Assembly (NCBI GenBank): GCA_043228905.1
Contig: JBHGNT010000015.1
Span: 5,518,001 to 5,582,000, forward strand
Direction: 5' to 3'
DNA length: 64,000 nt
Origin: Azolla caroliniana
Taxonomy: Eukaryota; Plantae; Polypodiophyta
Shown piece after piece: positions 1 to 12,501 of the stretch (position 1 is the first letter of the stretch; every line of letters starts with the position of its first letter). The position numbers and the translations under genes are program-made. The notes under the pieces were generated by a model, which worked only from the letters and a program-made list of their open reading frames with translations, was not told where the DNA came from and did no database searches.

Positions 1-39
1 GTTCTCATTACCTTAATGATGTCATGGTTCACCTTTTAG

Positions 40-400
40 GCAAGCATCAAAAGAGCTCCCCTTACCACCATAGATGCAATGGACAAGCGGAGAGATAGCT
101 CTAACAAGATTCTTTTTAGTGTCCTCTCTAAAATAGTCATCATTATCAAGATCATATTATAGCCAATAGATATGTGTGGAACTGTTTTCTTTTTGAACTT
201 CCTATCAAGTAGCCACATGACACACCATTTTGGCTAGTCTATGAGCAAGACACCATTGTGCCAATAGAGTTTGTAATATCTAACCTACAGATAGCCATCC
301 AAGAAGTAAAGTTTGGTTCAATAACAAGATCAAGGACAAAGACCTAGAGGAAGGGTACATAGCCCTCATGTTCTCCTCACTCTTACCATGGATACGCCAT
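40..400 (+). pseudogene. Decayed Ty3/Gypsy (non-chromovirus) integrase remnant
   Basis: Hand translation gives PYHHRCNGQAE (about 58-92) and a frameshifted 'TPFWLVYEQDTIVPIEF'-like motif (about 220-273), both typical of Gypsy integrase. Many stops and indels. Confidence 0.6.
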
Positions 401-589
401 GTGCCACCTCCGACCTATGAGCAATGTATATTCTATATGCCTATATCTCCACTTGATGGTTCTTTATACTCATCTCATTTCTTAGGGTAGTAGAAATTTG
501 TCTTGTGGTAGTTTTTATCTTGGTTTTCTACACATAAGAATAAGAGTGCCCGTGTTAATTAATTGAGAATGCAAAGAGGGGGGGGGGGG

Positions 590-1532
590 GATTACTTTTA
601 ACGTTAGGGATTGAGACAACCCATGAGGGCCAAGTTTGAACTGGTATTGGGGCCTTGCGTCTTTCTATAAATATGACGCTTAACAACCCTAATGAGGGGC
701 ATTGTTGGACTTCACTGAGACCGTGAACTTGTTGTGAACATGCACTTGTGACACACGCTCGAAAGTCGCCATTGAAAGAACTTTTGTATCTCCTTTCCGT
801 TAATCAGTAATCTTTCTTTCTAGATTATTTCATGTCCCTTACTTATACATGTTCAAGTCATTATTTTAACGTATAAATTGTTGGATTATGTTGTCTTGGT
901 CATACTTTATGTGTATAAATCGTATGTGTTAAATTTATGCTTATGAGGTTTGTGCCTACATACGTATTACATTATTTATTATGTTATTCGAAATTCATGT
1001 TATACATGTTTAATAAGAGATGTGTGTGATATGTGTACGAGGTGAATACCTCCTTTCATATACTTCTTTGGCTGTGGCATTCCTGTACAAGCCATTGGAT
1101 TGTGTGTTCGTTGAAGATTCGTTTAAGTAGATATATGGAATCACTTGTACGTCATGTATGTGATCTTAGACATGTTGTAGACATGTAGTGTGCAAGCTAA
1201 GAATTTGTTATACGATATTGGTATGTTGGATGGTGTGCTTTTCGAGCTTTAGGATCGTATTGGCTGTCTTCACATTTTTGTGGGGAAAGCGTGGTGACCA
1301 CCCTTATTTAACAACATTAGTGTTATTACCCTTGGTCGCCCCGATTTTGCCATATGTAAAAATTAAGCAAGCATGGCCACGATGATGTGCGTGAATGTTG
1401 CCTTAGATATGGTCACACACCTATTCCCCATCCATTTAAGGGAAGTAAGGGTTTCACCCACTTCACATTGGGTCACCCTCACAGAGGCCGCATTCAATCC
1501 TCCCCATACGTTACATGATTAGGGGGCTATCA
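590..1532 (+). mobile_element. Probable 3' LTR of the decayed Gypsy element
   Basis: Follows a polypurine tract AAAGAGGGGGGGGGGGGG (about 573-590), contains TATAAATA near 666 and ends ...AGGGGGCTATCA at 1532. No partner LTR in the window. Confidence 0.45.
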
Positions 1533-2417
1533 CGAGACCATGATTGTGAAAGGCATCAGTTATGAAATAACCATGTGACTGGCCACACTAGCTTTAATGC
1601 GGAAAAAATGGCCCATGTCTGCGTGGCCATTAGGTTGCTAGTTAGTGTGTTTCTTTGTCATGACAAGACTTTAGGTTGGGTATCGTGACAACGTAGTTAC
1701 CTAGTTACAACGACGCGGGGCATATACCCTTGAGGTTTATGCACGTCATTCAAGTAATTGTAAATGCGCTTTCCCTTGTCATGCATTGGACCTAATGATT
1801 TACTATGTACAAACGAGGTATACCAATGGATCTCCATTACAATTCTTATTTGATTCACAAAGCTCACACGATTTCGTGAATGTTCGTTGGTTGAGATATT
1901 GGGACACCAAAGTTTGCTTAAATAGTGATTATATATATATATCCCACATGGGGATGCATGTTTGGGTGCATCCTATAAGAATCAAAGCAGGGCTACAGGA
2001 AAAAAACTATAGTAGTCTTGGTTGTTTATCTGATATAAAGTGTAGTGTTAGTTCCTCTCTCTTCTAAATCTAATATGTGGCCTATGAGGCTAGATGATAT
2101 GAACGTATTGCTTTAAAAATCTCAAAAAGTTGTATGTAGCTTTAAACTATTGATAAAAATATTATTACAATTTACAAGGGTTGAAAGTGGTTCCTTCTAT
2201 AGTATTGAATGTACAAGCACTTATTAGAACAAAAGAAAGCCATGAAGGTAAATATTAGAATTCTAAATACAAAGAATCTAGTGAATAAACATTTCGATAT
2301 CAAGATTCAAAAACACTAATGAATAAACATTTCAATATCAACATTCAAAACCTTTTTGATGTCATAAACTTGGAACAATATTGCATTAAACTCATTTCAA
2401 TTGAGTTGTGATAATAT

Positions 2418-4105
2418 TGTGGTGTGCATGTGTTCCTTTGTGCCACCCTTTTAGCACACCCTTTTTAGCACGCATGTAGCTAAACCAACCCAAATGGGTA
2501 TCTTTGTATCGACTATAAATTGAGTAAGAAGTAAGAGCTAAGTAGGTTGATTTTGATCTCTTATGTGCATTTATTGGTGAGATGACGGGTAAAATTTTAG
2601 CCACTAACACCTTGTTCATGGTGTCCCAGCTCCCTCTTGTTGCCTCTGAATCCAATACCCCTATGCCGCCTGAGTTCCCATAGCCTCATGAGCGGCCACC
2701 CCACTTCCAAATGGAGCAGCTCTGGCGAGTCCTCTCCAACGCTATGCTTCAAATCAGCTCTTGAAACTAACCTCTAGGGTGCTGATGGAAGAGCCAACCC
2801 CCCACGTGCACACGTTCACCTCTTCAATCACTCCATCCACACCATCTTGTTAGACTTTGGTAATAGTGTCTCTACCATTAGCGCCGCCTTAGTTCACTAG
2901 TTAAGCCTCCCGACATCCACCGCTCCCTCCACCCAAGTTCTTTTTTGTGATCACCAACATTTGTACCACTCTCGCACGTAAGCCCATTGCATTGTCACCT
3001 TAAACAATCTCACTTTCTCACACCACTTTTATGACTTGCCCCACCAACTCTTCCCCCTCACCTTAGGTTGCGATTGGTCCCTCAAGAGTCACGCTATAAT
3101 TGATTTCACTGCCCACCAACTTCTTGTCGCATGAGCTCCCATGATCCCACTCCACAATAATCCTCATGTTCCCCACCTCAGCTAAGTCCAGGTGGCAAAC
3201 AATCTATAAGAGCGATTGATCTTTATCTGCCAATTGCTAGCTTATTTTCCGTCACTAGCCCCATTAAACTATTATCTGATCAGGGCCACTAGTTCCATGG
3301 GAATTATTACGAGCATGACCATATAATATCTTGTGTTAAGATTGTACCGTAGTATTCTATACACGTGGATAAAGTATGGTCATGCCCGTAACAGGGATGT
3401 CCTCAACATCGTTGGAGCTCAACTAGGTGTCCAATAGATGTTTACGTCCCCATACCATCCTCAAACAAATGGCCTCTCCGAACACCTCAACAAAACTCTC
3501 AAGCAAGAGATGGCCGCACCAATCAACCCTTTTCGAGAACTCTATGGGCATGACTCTCGCCTCCCACCAGAATCATCCATTGACGTCCATTCCAAACCTG
3601 CCAACATGGATAGTGCCACTTGGTTGGGGGCTCTATCTCCAACAGATGTTCCCCCTCCTTCGATAAGCCAACTCCCAAAACCTACAAATTACACAACAAC
3701 GCTAGAAGCACCGAGGGATTTGGCTCATTCACCATAGTTCGTGCCATCAAATCCACTGCGTATTTGCTCCGACATGATACCAACGGCTGATTCACCTCCG
3801 CCCATGTTGCCCGCATCAAGCCCTATGGCACCCTAGACCCATCTTCTGACCCCCGTCCTTTCCCCATGTCATAAACCTCCTTGTTTCTCTTTGGGGGGAA
3901 ATGTGGTGTGCATGTTTTCCCTTGTGCCACCCTTTTAGCACACCCTTTTTAGCATGCATGTAGCTAAGCCAACCCACCCTTTTAGCACATCCTTTTTAGC
4001 ACGCATGTAGTAGGCCAACCCAAATGGGTACCTTTGTATTGACTATAAATTGAGCGAGAAGTAAGAAGCTAAGTAGCCTGGTTTTGATCTCTAGTGCATT
4101 TTACA
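2418..4105 (+). mobile_element. Heavily deleted Gypsy LTR element (TRIM-sized, short LTRs)
   Basis: Direct repeats 2418-about 2573 and 3902-4105, both starting TGTGGTGTGCATG. PBS-like TGGTGAGATGACGGG follows the first; GGGGGGAAA PPT precedes the second. Interior has a protease-like LLDFGNSVSTIS and integrase FTSPYHPQTNGLSEHLNKTLKQ; no RT is visible. Confidence 0.8.
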
Positions 4106-4851
4106 ATACAAACCTTTTGGGCAAGTGTTATTGAAATTAATATAATTGTAATGCATGAAAGAAAAGTTACTTACATTGAAGTTATATGCACGCCAACATT
4201 CATAAGCTTCTCAAGGGTGTACTAGGAATCAACAACGATTCGGTTTAGACTTTTAACCGGTTTGGTCTTACCCAAGTCAAACTAGTTAAGCCTAAACCGT
4301 TTTGGGGTTCTCAAACCTAAACCAAACCAATCCCTAAACCGATTTGGGAGAAAAAACCTTTAGAGTTGTGAAGAAACCCAAAAAACATCTCTACCACTTC
4401 CTCTTACTCTTCTTCTCCTCCTCATAACTCCCACCCCCCTCGGCCTTACCACCGATGAGTCCTTCAACTCCGAGTCCCACCTCCACGACTCCCTCTCTAT
4501 AGACTACTACGATTGATCGGTCGATGTAACCCTTCCTCAACCTCTCGATTGCTATTGCCCATCCCTCAACCACCTTCACGTCGAACTTGCTGCATCCTAG
4601 GTCCTAGGTCCAATTCGGAGTGAATTGGAGCTTCAACTAAGTTTTCACCTATATGTACAAAAAGAAGAAACAATGTATATAACGAGGACCTCCTCCTCGT
4701 CCAATATGCAGCCCCTCTCTCTCTCGCGCGCGCGCGTTTGTGTAGAGACTCGTCACTCAACAATCGCTTCCTCTCTCTCAAATCATAGATGGAATGAATG
4801 TGCTACACACCGCTTAGAGGCGGGTAAGCGAGCATACTATGCATTTGAGAA

Positions 4852-5294
4852 TGTTGAGATATCAAGCTCAACTAGTTTAATCCAGTTAGTCAACACATGT
4901 AACTTAGTAGTTACCTAGATCGAATCTAGTTAATGTGTTGACCTTAAGCCTTTAAATAGGACCTTGTACTTAAGTGGGATATTCTAGATCCTCCACTCCT
5001 TAGTACATTTAATGTAGGACTTACACATAAGTACCTATGTTCTACCCACACATGTGCACCTTTGCACATGGGTTGTATATATACCTCATTGTGGGTATTT
5101 TTGTATGTTGATGACACTTTTCAATATAGTCAATCATCCCCCATTTATCTTTGTGTTCAAGTGTAACTTCCTCTCTCTCTCTCTCTCTTCCTCTCACACA
5201 CTCTCACACACATATCATACTAATCTTCCGTTGCTTAACGTAACCATATAATTAGTCTCTAATTAACCCTAGTTAATTACCTAATTACTTAACA
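4852..5294 (+). repeat. 5' LTR of Copia A
   Basis: TGTTGAG...TTAACA, direct repeat of 8464-8906. Confidence 0.95.
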
Positions 5295-5306
5295 TGGTAT
5301 CAGAGC
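5295..5306 (+). promoter_or_regulatory. Primer-binding site (tRNA-iMet) of Copia A
   Basis: TGGTATCAGAGC immediately after the LTR. Confidence 0.95.
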
Positions 5307-5470
5307 GCGTGGTTTAGGAAATCCAGTAAGCCCACCGCTTATTCATGATTGTGTGTTCGAGAAGCCGACGACAAATCCCGGCTATTCGCTATCTGCTACC
5401 GTAGTGCCACTACGAAGGACGTGTACGCGACCAACAGAAGAAAAACAAAACGGAAGACACAACAATCAAC

Positions 5471-8346
5471 ATGAACAAACAAATGGGAAGCTCACTCCCT
5501 AGCGAAAAGCTAGACCGAAGCAACTATTCATCTTGGGAGTACAAGATGAATCAATACCTTATCGGCCAAGGGTATTGGGTCTACATCAACGGCGCACAAG
5601 AAAACAAACCCGAAACCACACACGCCAACTACCCAACGTGGGAGCAAGGCGCGAGTCGGGTAATGTATTGCTTGGCAACATGTGTAAACGACCACATGCT
5701 TAGCCACATTCGTGATGCCAAGACACCCAAAGAGGCGTGGGAAAATCTCAAGAAGATTTTCGCTGCGGACACATCCACGCACAAGCTTCAACTCCGACAA
5801 GAGTTGAACAACATACGACAAAAAGAAATGTCTATGACGGACTACACCGCCAAGATCAAGAGCATTTGCGACTCTCTTGGCTCCATCAACGTCAACATCG
5901 ACGAGGACGAGATGGTGCAAGTATGCTTGGGCGCCCTCGCACAACGATTCAACCCGTTGAGAACGACAATCTTGGCGAGAGATACCCCTCCCTCGTTCTT
6001 CAACCTCCAATCAATGCTATTGGTCGAAGAAAACCACGTTCATCCAAAGACCAACACATCGGAAGGACAAATGCTCTTCTCCGATACGGATGGTGCCCAA
6101 AGATGAGGTCGACGCGGAAGAGGTCAATTTGACCTATCCCACAAAGGGAATATTCACAATTTCGGCAAGGAAACGGAAGCCATCGAGGAACCTTCACAAG
6201 AAGGGGGAGCTTTCACGCTGAACAAGGTCGGCGAACGACGCCACCTACGTGCAACTATTGCGGCAAAATCGGGCATTGCGAAGAGGAGTGCCGAAAAAGA
6301 TGAAGCGAGTCGGCCTCGACAAGCCGACAACTCACAAATTACGCCGCGAACGCGGAATACGCGAACTATGGCGGACTCTTTGTGATGAGGCATAGAGTGA
6401 ACTCTATGATGGCCTCCGATCCCGCAAACTCCGCAAGCACCTCCAACTCCGAACACGCGTGGTTCATAGACTCTGGCGCCTCGCACCGCACGACGTCACA
6501 CCAAGAGTGGTTTCGAGATTTGCGAATGCCGGATTGACCCGGCTACATAGAGACCAGAGACGACACTCCGCATCCCATTCGGCACATCGGCGATGTTCCA
6601 TTCGGGAAAGAAGGCGAGCAAACCTGCATCAAGAATGTCTTGCACGTGCCCACAATAACAAAGAATTTGGTCTCGGTCGGCCAAATCATGGAGCAAGGCA
6701 TGCAAGTCCGCTTCAACAATGAAGGTTGCTTCATCGAGAAAGACGACCGACTCATAGCCAAGGGACGGAGAGACGGTCGCTTGTTCATCCTCGACTCGAA
6801 CGAGGTAAAATCGGCCATGTACGCCAAAGGTCTCAAGACCAAGACAAACATCGAGTTGTGGCACAAGCAAATCGGCCGCGTAAACCTCCAACGGCTTCGT
6901 GGAATGCAATAAAAGGGAATCGTAATCGGACTTCCGGCCTTCGAATCGAAACGAGTCGACCGAGAGTGCGAAGCATGCCAACTCGGCAAACAACATCGAC
7001 TCCCATTCCCGAAGGAGAGCTCCGTAAGCAAAGGCCTCCTTGACATAATCCACTCGGATGTATGGGGACCGGCTCAAACGCTGACGCTCAGCGGATGCCG
7101 CTACTACGTCACCTTCATCGACGACCACACGCGCTACGCGTGGATATACCTGATGAAGAAGAAGAGTGAAGTGTTCTCCCACTTTCAAAGGCTCAAAAGC
7201 CAAGTGGAGAAAGAAACCGGTCGGCACATTCGATGCCTACGATCGGACAAAGGAAAGGAGTACTTCTCCGACGAGTTCACCTCCTACCTCCAAGGTGAAG
7301 GCATTCGTAGAGAATTCTCATGCCGACACACTCCCCAACAAAACGGATTAGCCGAGAGAAAGAATCGGCAAATACTCGAGGTAGCACGCGCCATGATGTG
7401 TGAGAAGCACATGCCGAACTTCTATTGGGCGGAAGCGGCATCCACGGCCGTCTTTCTCATGAATTGATGCACCACAAATAGCGTGCACGAGCTTACTCCA
7501 TACGAGATCTTCGTTGGAAGGAAGCCCATCCTCTCACACCTCAAGGTGTTCGGAAGCATTGCGAATGTACGCATCCCGAACGAAAGTCGAGAGAAGCCCG
7601 ACGCGAAGTCGGAAGAATGTATCCTCATAGGATACTTGTCCGTGAAAAAGGCGTACAAGTGCTTCAACCCTTCGACCCGAGCGGTGCGGATAAGTCGCGA
7701 CGTCGTTTTCGACGAATCGGCATCTTGGTATAAGCCCGATGCGACTCCATCCGACCCGATCGAGGAAGAGTTGAACGCCAACTCGGATGACGAAACTCCG
7801 CCAAGTCCTCCACCGAAGGACAATCCAAGCTCTATCGAGCTAATTGGCCCACAAGAGCCTCCACGCGATGAAAACACGTCACGGCCAAGTCCGACATCGG
7901 ACAAAGGCAAAGGTAAGATGCCCGAATACGAAGTCGAGGTCCACCCCGACGACCGTGATTCAGATGATTCGGCTCGCTCACTAGACAGTGAGTTCGGTGT
8001 ACCCATCATGAGGACACCCGGAGTAAAGAAGGCACTCACATCGACAAACGAGAAACTCCGCCGCTCATCACGAGCGAAGACCCAAGTCACTCGTTACGCC
8101 TACAACGAGTATATGGCCCATCACTATGCCCTCGCGATGGAGGTAGTGGCCGAACAAGAGCCCGAGGATCCAAGCCTTCGTCACAGGCTTGAGGGGGAGA
8201 ACAAAGCCGCGGAGAGCCGCGCAACGAAGCCGCGAAGACGTAAGAACAAAGCCGCGGAGAACCGCGCAATGAAGCCGCGAATATGCGAAGAAAGCCGCGC
8301 AACGCCGTGCAACAAAGCCACGGAGAGCCGCGCAATGAAGCTGTGA
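5471..8346 (+). pseudogene. Copia A gag-protease-integrase, with stops and frameshifts; RT/RNase H deleted at about 8166
   Basis: Gag (KLDRSNYSSWEYKM), zinc knuckle CNYCGKIGHCEEEC, protease WFIDSGAS, integrase (LRSDKGKEY, PQQNGLAERKNR, SRDVVFDE). After EQEPE the sequence jumps to the pol C-terminus. Confidence 0.9.
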
Positions 8347-8390
8347 AGACGTGAAGAAAGCCGCGCAACACCGCGAAGAAAGCCGCAAGC
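8200..8390 (+). repeat. GC-rich short tandem repeats (AAAGCCGCG units) in the Copia A 3' region
   Basis: Repeated AAAGCCGCGGAGAGCCGCGCAA/GAAGCCGCGAAGA units. Confidence 0.85.
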
Positions 8391-8463
8391 TGTACCGATG
8401 CCGACGAAGCCGAAGGAAGCTAAAACGGACGTTGGATGCCTCACACTTGAGCTTGAGGGGGCG

Positions 8464-8906
8464 TGTTGAGATATCAAGCTCAACTAGTTTAATCTAGTTA
8501 GTCAACACATGTAACTTAGTAGTTACCTAGATCGAATCTAGTTAATGTGTTGACCTTAAGCCTTTAAATAGGACCTTGTACTTAAGTGGGATATTCTAGA
8601 TCCTCCACTCCTTAGTACATTTAATGTAGGACTTACACATAAGTACCTATGTTCTACCCACACATGTGCACCTTTGCACATGGGTTGTATATATACCTCA
8701 TTGTGGGTATTTTTGTATGTTGATGACACTTTTCAATATAGTCAATCATCCCCCATTTATCTTTGTGTTCAAGTGTAACTTCCTCTCTCTCTTTCTCTCT
8801 TCCTCTCACACACTCTCACACGCATATCATACTAATCTTCCGCTGCTTAATGTAACCATATAATTAGTCTCTAATTAACCCTAGTTAATTACCTAATTAC
8901 TTAATA
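8464..8906 (+). repeat. 3' LTR of Copia A
   Basis: Direct repeat of 4852-5294; terminal CA has become TA. Confidence 0.95.
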
Positions 8907-9900
8907 GAGAACACATGCAATCCTGGAGATATTAAGTGTTGGGTTCTTAAGAAATATCTTTTCAACACTTTGGTGACACCGGTTCTTCTCTATGGGTTGG
9001 AAGTATGGGGCGGTAACATCCCTAAATCTACGTGGAAAGAGTTTAAAAATGTCCAACAACATTTTGTTACAAAGTTTCTACAAGTTAAGCAACAAACACC
9101 CTACACCCTCCTCCTTGAGACATGATCACTTCCCATTGAGATCATGGCCATGGAAAGGGTTGTTGAATACATGCTTAAGGCTCAAAAAAGTCCCCCACAT
9201 GGACTTCCTAGAATTGCATGGGAAGCAAGCAAAAAGATCCAAAAGACGCATAAAAGCAAAATTTTGTGTTCCGGTTAGATGCAAGATTTAGAAAAATGGT
9301 TTGGTAGATGGATGCAAGAGACTTGCTTCATGATGCATCACTAGATTCCTCAGTAAATGAGGCATTTTTGCAACGCCAATGTATCATGACATGGGACAAA
9401 TGTGGAGACTCGTGCTTCACACATTATACTACACATGTTGCACCTAATGACAAAACCATATTCTTCATATAATGGGGAAACCGTACACATCGATACATGT
9501 TAGAGCCCATCCCATTATCTACCATTCGAACCATTGTTTCCATGCGACTTAGCTCACATGCATTGCAATGTGAACGGTGTTACAAACACACCACTATGTC
9601 ATGATAGACGGTGCGTTGGGGCACAAGTGATGAGAGTGGCAGACTTTGAGAGTCTGAGTATCACACTTTGATACAATGCTTTGCCTTTGATAATATTCGA
9701 CCATGCTTTCCACATCTCTTCAACCGAGCCCAATCCCTTGCACGAATTTCCTCACAACCACAATGTGTGCCCTTGATTGAAAGATTCATTGGCAAAGTTC
9801 TTGAACATCGAGAGTCGCTACTCACTTTCACACGTATCACGTGAAATGTAATATTTTTGGTCTCATAGGTAATATTTGACCTTCGAAGACGATAATATAA

Positions 9901-9974
<74 letters not shown>

Positions 9975-9987
9975 GCACACGCACACA
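9901..9987. repeat. (TC)n(AC)n compound microsatellite
   Basis: Directly visible. Confidence 0.95.
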
Positions 9988-10395
9988 TCTGTGTGGAGAC
10001 GCGTTACTCAACAGTCATTTCCTATGGCTTCCTCTCTCTCTCTCTCTCTCAGAGTTCTAACTTCTATCTTTCTAAACCCTAATTATTATATAAGATAAAC
10101 GACTTAACTGGTTTGAGCCAGTTTGGCAAGGCTCAAGCTGAGCCGACTTGAGCTCAAACAATTTAGGTAGGCTCAAGCCTAAACTGAGCTGAGCCGGGCC
10201 GCTAAGCCATTTAAAACTTGTTTAGCTAAACAATTTAGGATTGAGCCGAGCCATTGCTGATACCTAGGGTTTACACACATGGAACATGCCATCATCTCTA
10301 TGACACATATAATAAGATTGAAACTTGTACACATCGGCCCTACTCTTAGACTATTTGCAAGTATAGGATTATCTTAACAATATTCTGAAAAAAGA

Positions 10396-12055
10396 TAGAT
10401 AGATAGATAGATAGATAGATTATATTATCGTCTTCAGAGGTCAAATATGACCTATGAGACCAAAAATATTACATTTCACGTGATACGTGTGAAAGTGAGT
10501 AGTGACTCTCGATGTTCAAGAACTTTACCAATGAATGTTGCAATCGAGAGTGCACATTATGGTTGTGAGAGGAATTCATGCAAAGATTGGACTCGATCGA
10601 AGAAATGTGGAAAGCATGGTCGAATATGATCAAAGACAAAGCATTGTATCAAAGTGTGATACTCAGACTTGCGAACTTGTTTAGGGCAAAGTGTGCATAG
10701 CCAACCACTCTCATCACTTGTACCCCAACACCTTGTTTCACATCGCAATGCATGTGAGCTAAGTTGCATGGAAGCAATGGTTCGAATGACAGATAACGGT
10801 ATGGGCTCTAACATGTATGGATGTGTACGATTTCCCCGTTCCGCAAAGAATATGGTTTTGTAGTTAGGTGCAACATGTGTAGTATAATGTGTGAAGTGTG
10901 CGCCTCCACATTTGTCCCATGTCATGATACATTGGCGTTGCAAAAATGCCTCATTTATAGAGGAATCTAATGATGCATCATGAAGCAAGTGTCTTGCATC
11001 CCATCTACCAAACCATTTTTCTATATCTTGCATCCAACCGGAACACAAAATTTTGCTTTTATGCGTCTTTTGGATCTTTTTGCTTGCTTCCCACGCAATT
11101 CTAGGAAGTCGATGTGAGGGACTTTTTTGAACCTTAAGCATGTATTCAACAACCCTTTCCATGGCCATGATCTCAATGGGAAGTGATCTCGTCTCAAGGA
11201 GGCGGAGGGTGTAGGGCGTTTGTTTCTTAACTTGTAGAAACTTGGTAAGAAAATGCTTTTGGACATTTTCAAACTCTTTCCATATAGATTTAGGATGCTA
11301 CCGCCCCATACTTCCACCCCATAGAGAAGAACCGGTGTCACCAAAGTGTTGAAAAGATATTTCTTGAGAACCCAACACTTAATATCTCCAAGATTGCATG
11401 TGGTCTCAAATGCATAGTATGCTCGCTTGCCCGCCTCTAAGTGGCGTGTAGCACATTTATTCCATCTATGATTTGAAGGAACTTCAAGGCCAAGATATTT
11501 GAATCTTTCCACACATTCAAGTGGCTCATTGTTGTACATAATGCATGGTTTATCTCTTTTTTGGCTCTTCACAAACATAATCTTTGTTTTAGAGCTATTG
11601 ACACTTAATTTAGTATGCATGCAAAATTTTTCCAATGCCTTCATAAGCTTTTGTGCATCTCCTAAAGTATTTGCAAAAAGCACTACATCATCTGCATATA
11701 GCAAAAGCATAATCACAACATTCCCAATGGCAACTTCTTCAACACATTCTTCCTTTGCAAACTTGGTAACCATTTCTTTCAATTCATCAATGCATAGACC
11801 AAATAGTGTTGCTGAGAGTGGGCATCCTTGCTTAACACCAATAGTGCTTTTGAAAAAATCTGAAAGTTTATCTCTCATGCGCACACAACATATAACCTTC
11901 TCATAAATTCGGGAAATTGCAAGCATATATTCACTTGGCACCTCAAGTTCTTCCATTCGCCTCCAAAGATGCTCACGAGGTACCATATCAAAAGCTTTCT
12001 TGAAGTCTACAAAGTAACAATATAAACCTTTACCTCTAAGGCGACTCTCCCAAAT
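10396..12055 (-). mobile_element. 5'-truncated RTEX-like LINE copy 2 (RT plus C-terminal CCHC zinc finger), one frameshift
   Basis: ORF 11021-12121 has FVDFKKAFD, GVKQGCPLS, LLYADD, FKYLG. ORF 10557-11168 has LRCETRCWG...CTLC...HTLIQC. Tail is (ATCT)n. Possible TSD AAAAAAGA (10388-10395, 12056-12063). Confidence 0.88.
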
Positions 12056-12501
12056 AAAAAAGACCTTCATAAGGAGAATTCCAAAATGACTCATTATATA
12101 TATGGTATTAAGAAGAGGCAATCATTGATATATCTTGCCACAACCACATGTTGAAGGATTGAGAGTAGCAATGGAGGATTGGATTGCAAGGTTGTATTGT
12201 AAAAGCTTAATAATAAGGTTGTAAAGTATGGAATTGTCACATACATAACTTATTTGTTGCATATGTGTAATCCATAAAATAGGATTTCCACACTTAACTG
12301 ATCTCACATAAATCAATGCGAATATTGGAATGTAATGCATAGTTTTGCCTTTGAACTAATCATTGTTTATTTCCCTCGTCTCCCCTTTGTTCATTATCAT
12401 CACTTGTTTCAAGTAAGCTCTAAGCCACCTCTTAAACCTCTACAATGTTTCTCCTCTTTGTATTTTGACAGCATTTCCACGTCTCTCCCCCCCTCCCCCC
12501 C

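Larger units (their letters stand above)
4852..8906 (+). mobile_element. Ty1/Copia element A, lacking RT and RNase H
   Basis: 443-bp LTRs at 4852-5294 and 8464-8906 (about 6 differences by eye). TSD GAGAA (4847-4851, 8907-8911). PBS TGGTATCAGAGC at 5295. PPT before 8464. Confidence 0.95.
4778..9900 (+). mobile_element. 5'-truncated RTEX-like LINE copy 1, interrupted by Copia A
   Basis: SNHRWNECATHRLEAGKRAYYAFE at 4778-4851 resumes at 8912. Sequence matches the copies at 10.4-12 kb and 56.9-58.4 kb. 3' end GATAATATAATCT runs into (CT)n. Confidence 0.85.
4223..10266. mobile_element. Non-autonomous hAT-type DNA transposon hosting nested RTEX and Copia insertions
   Basis: Imperfect TIRs TAGGAATCAACAACGATTCGG and (reverse complement) TAGGTATCAGCAATGGCTCGG. 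8-bp TSD GGGTGTAC (4215-4222) and GGGTTTAC (10267-10274). Subterminal AAACCG/GAGCCG-type repeats at both ends. Confidence 0.8.

Noticed and set aside
1540-1910. Possible additional LTR fragment ending ...GGGACACCA
   Set aside because: No partner LTR, PBS, PPT or TSD could be identified.
5054-5251. 65-aa ORF repeated at 8666-8863
   Set aside because: Lies within the two Copia A LTRs; the duplication reflects LTR identity, not a gene pair.
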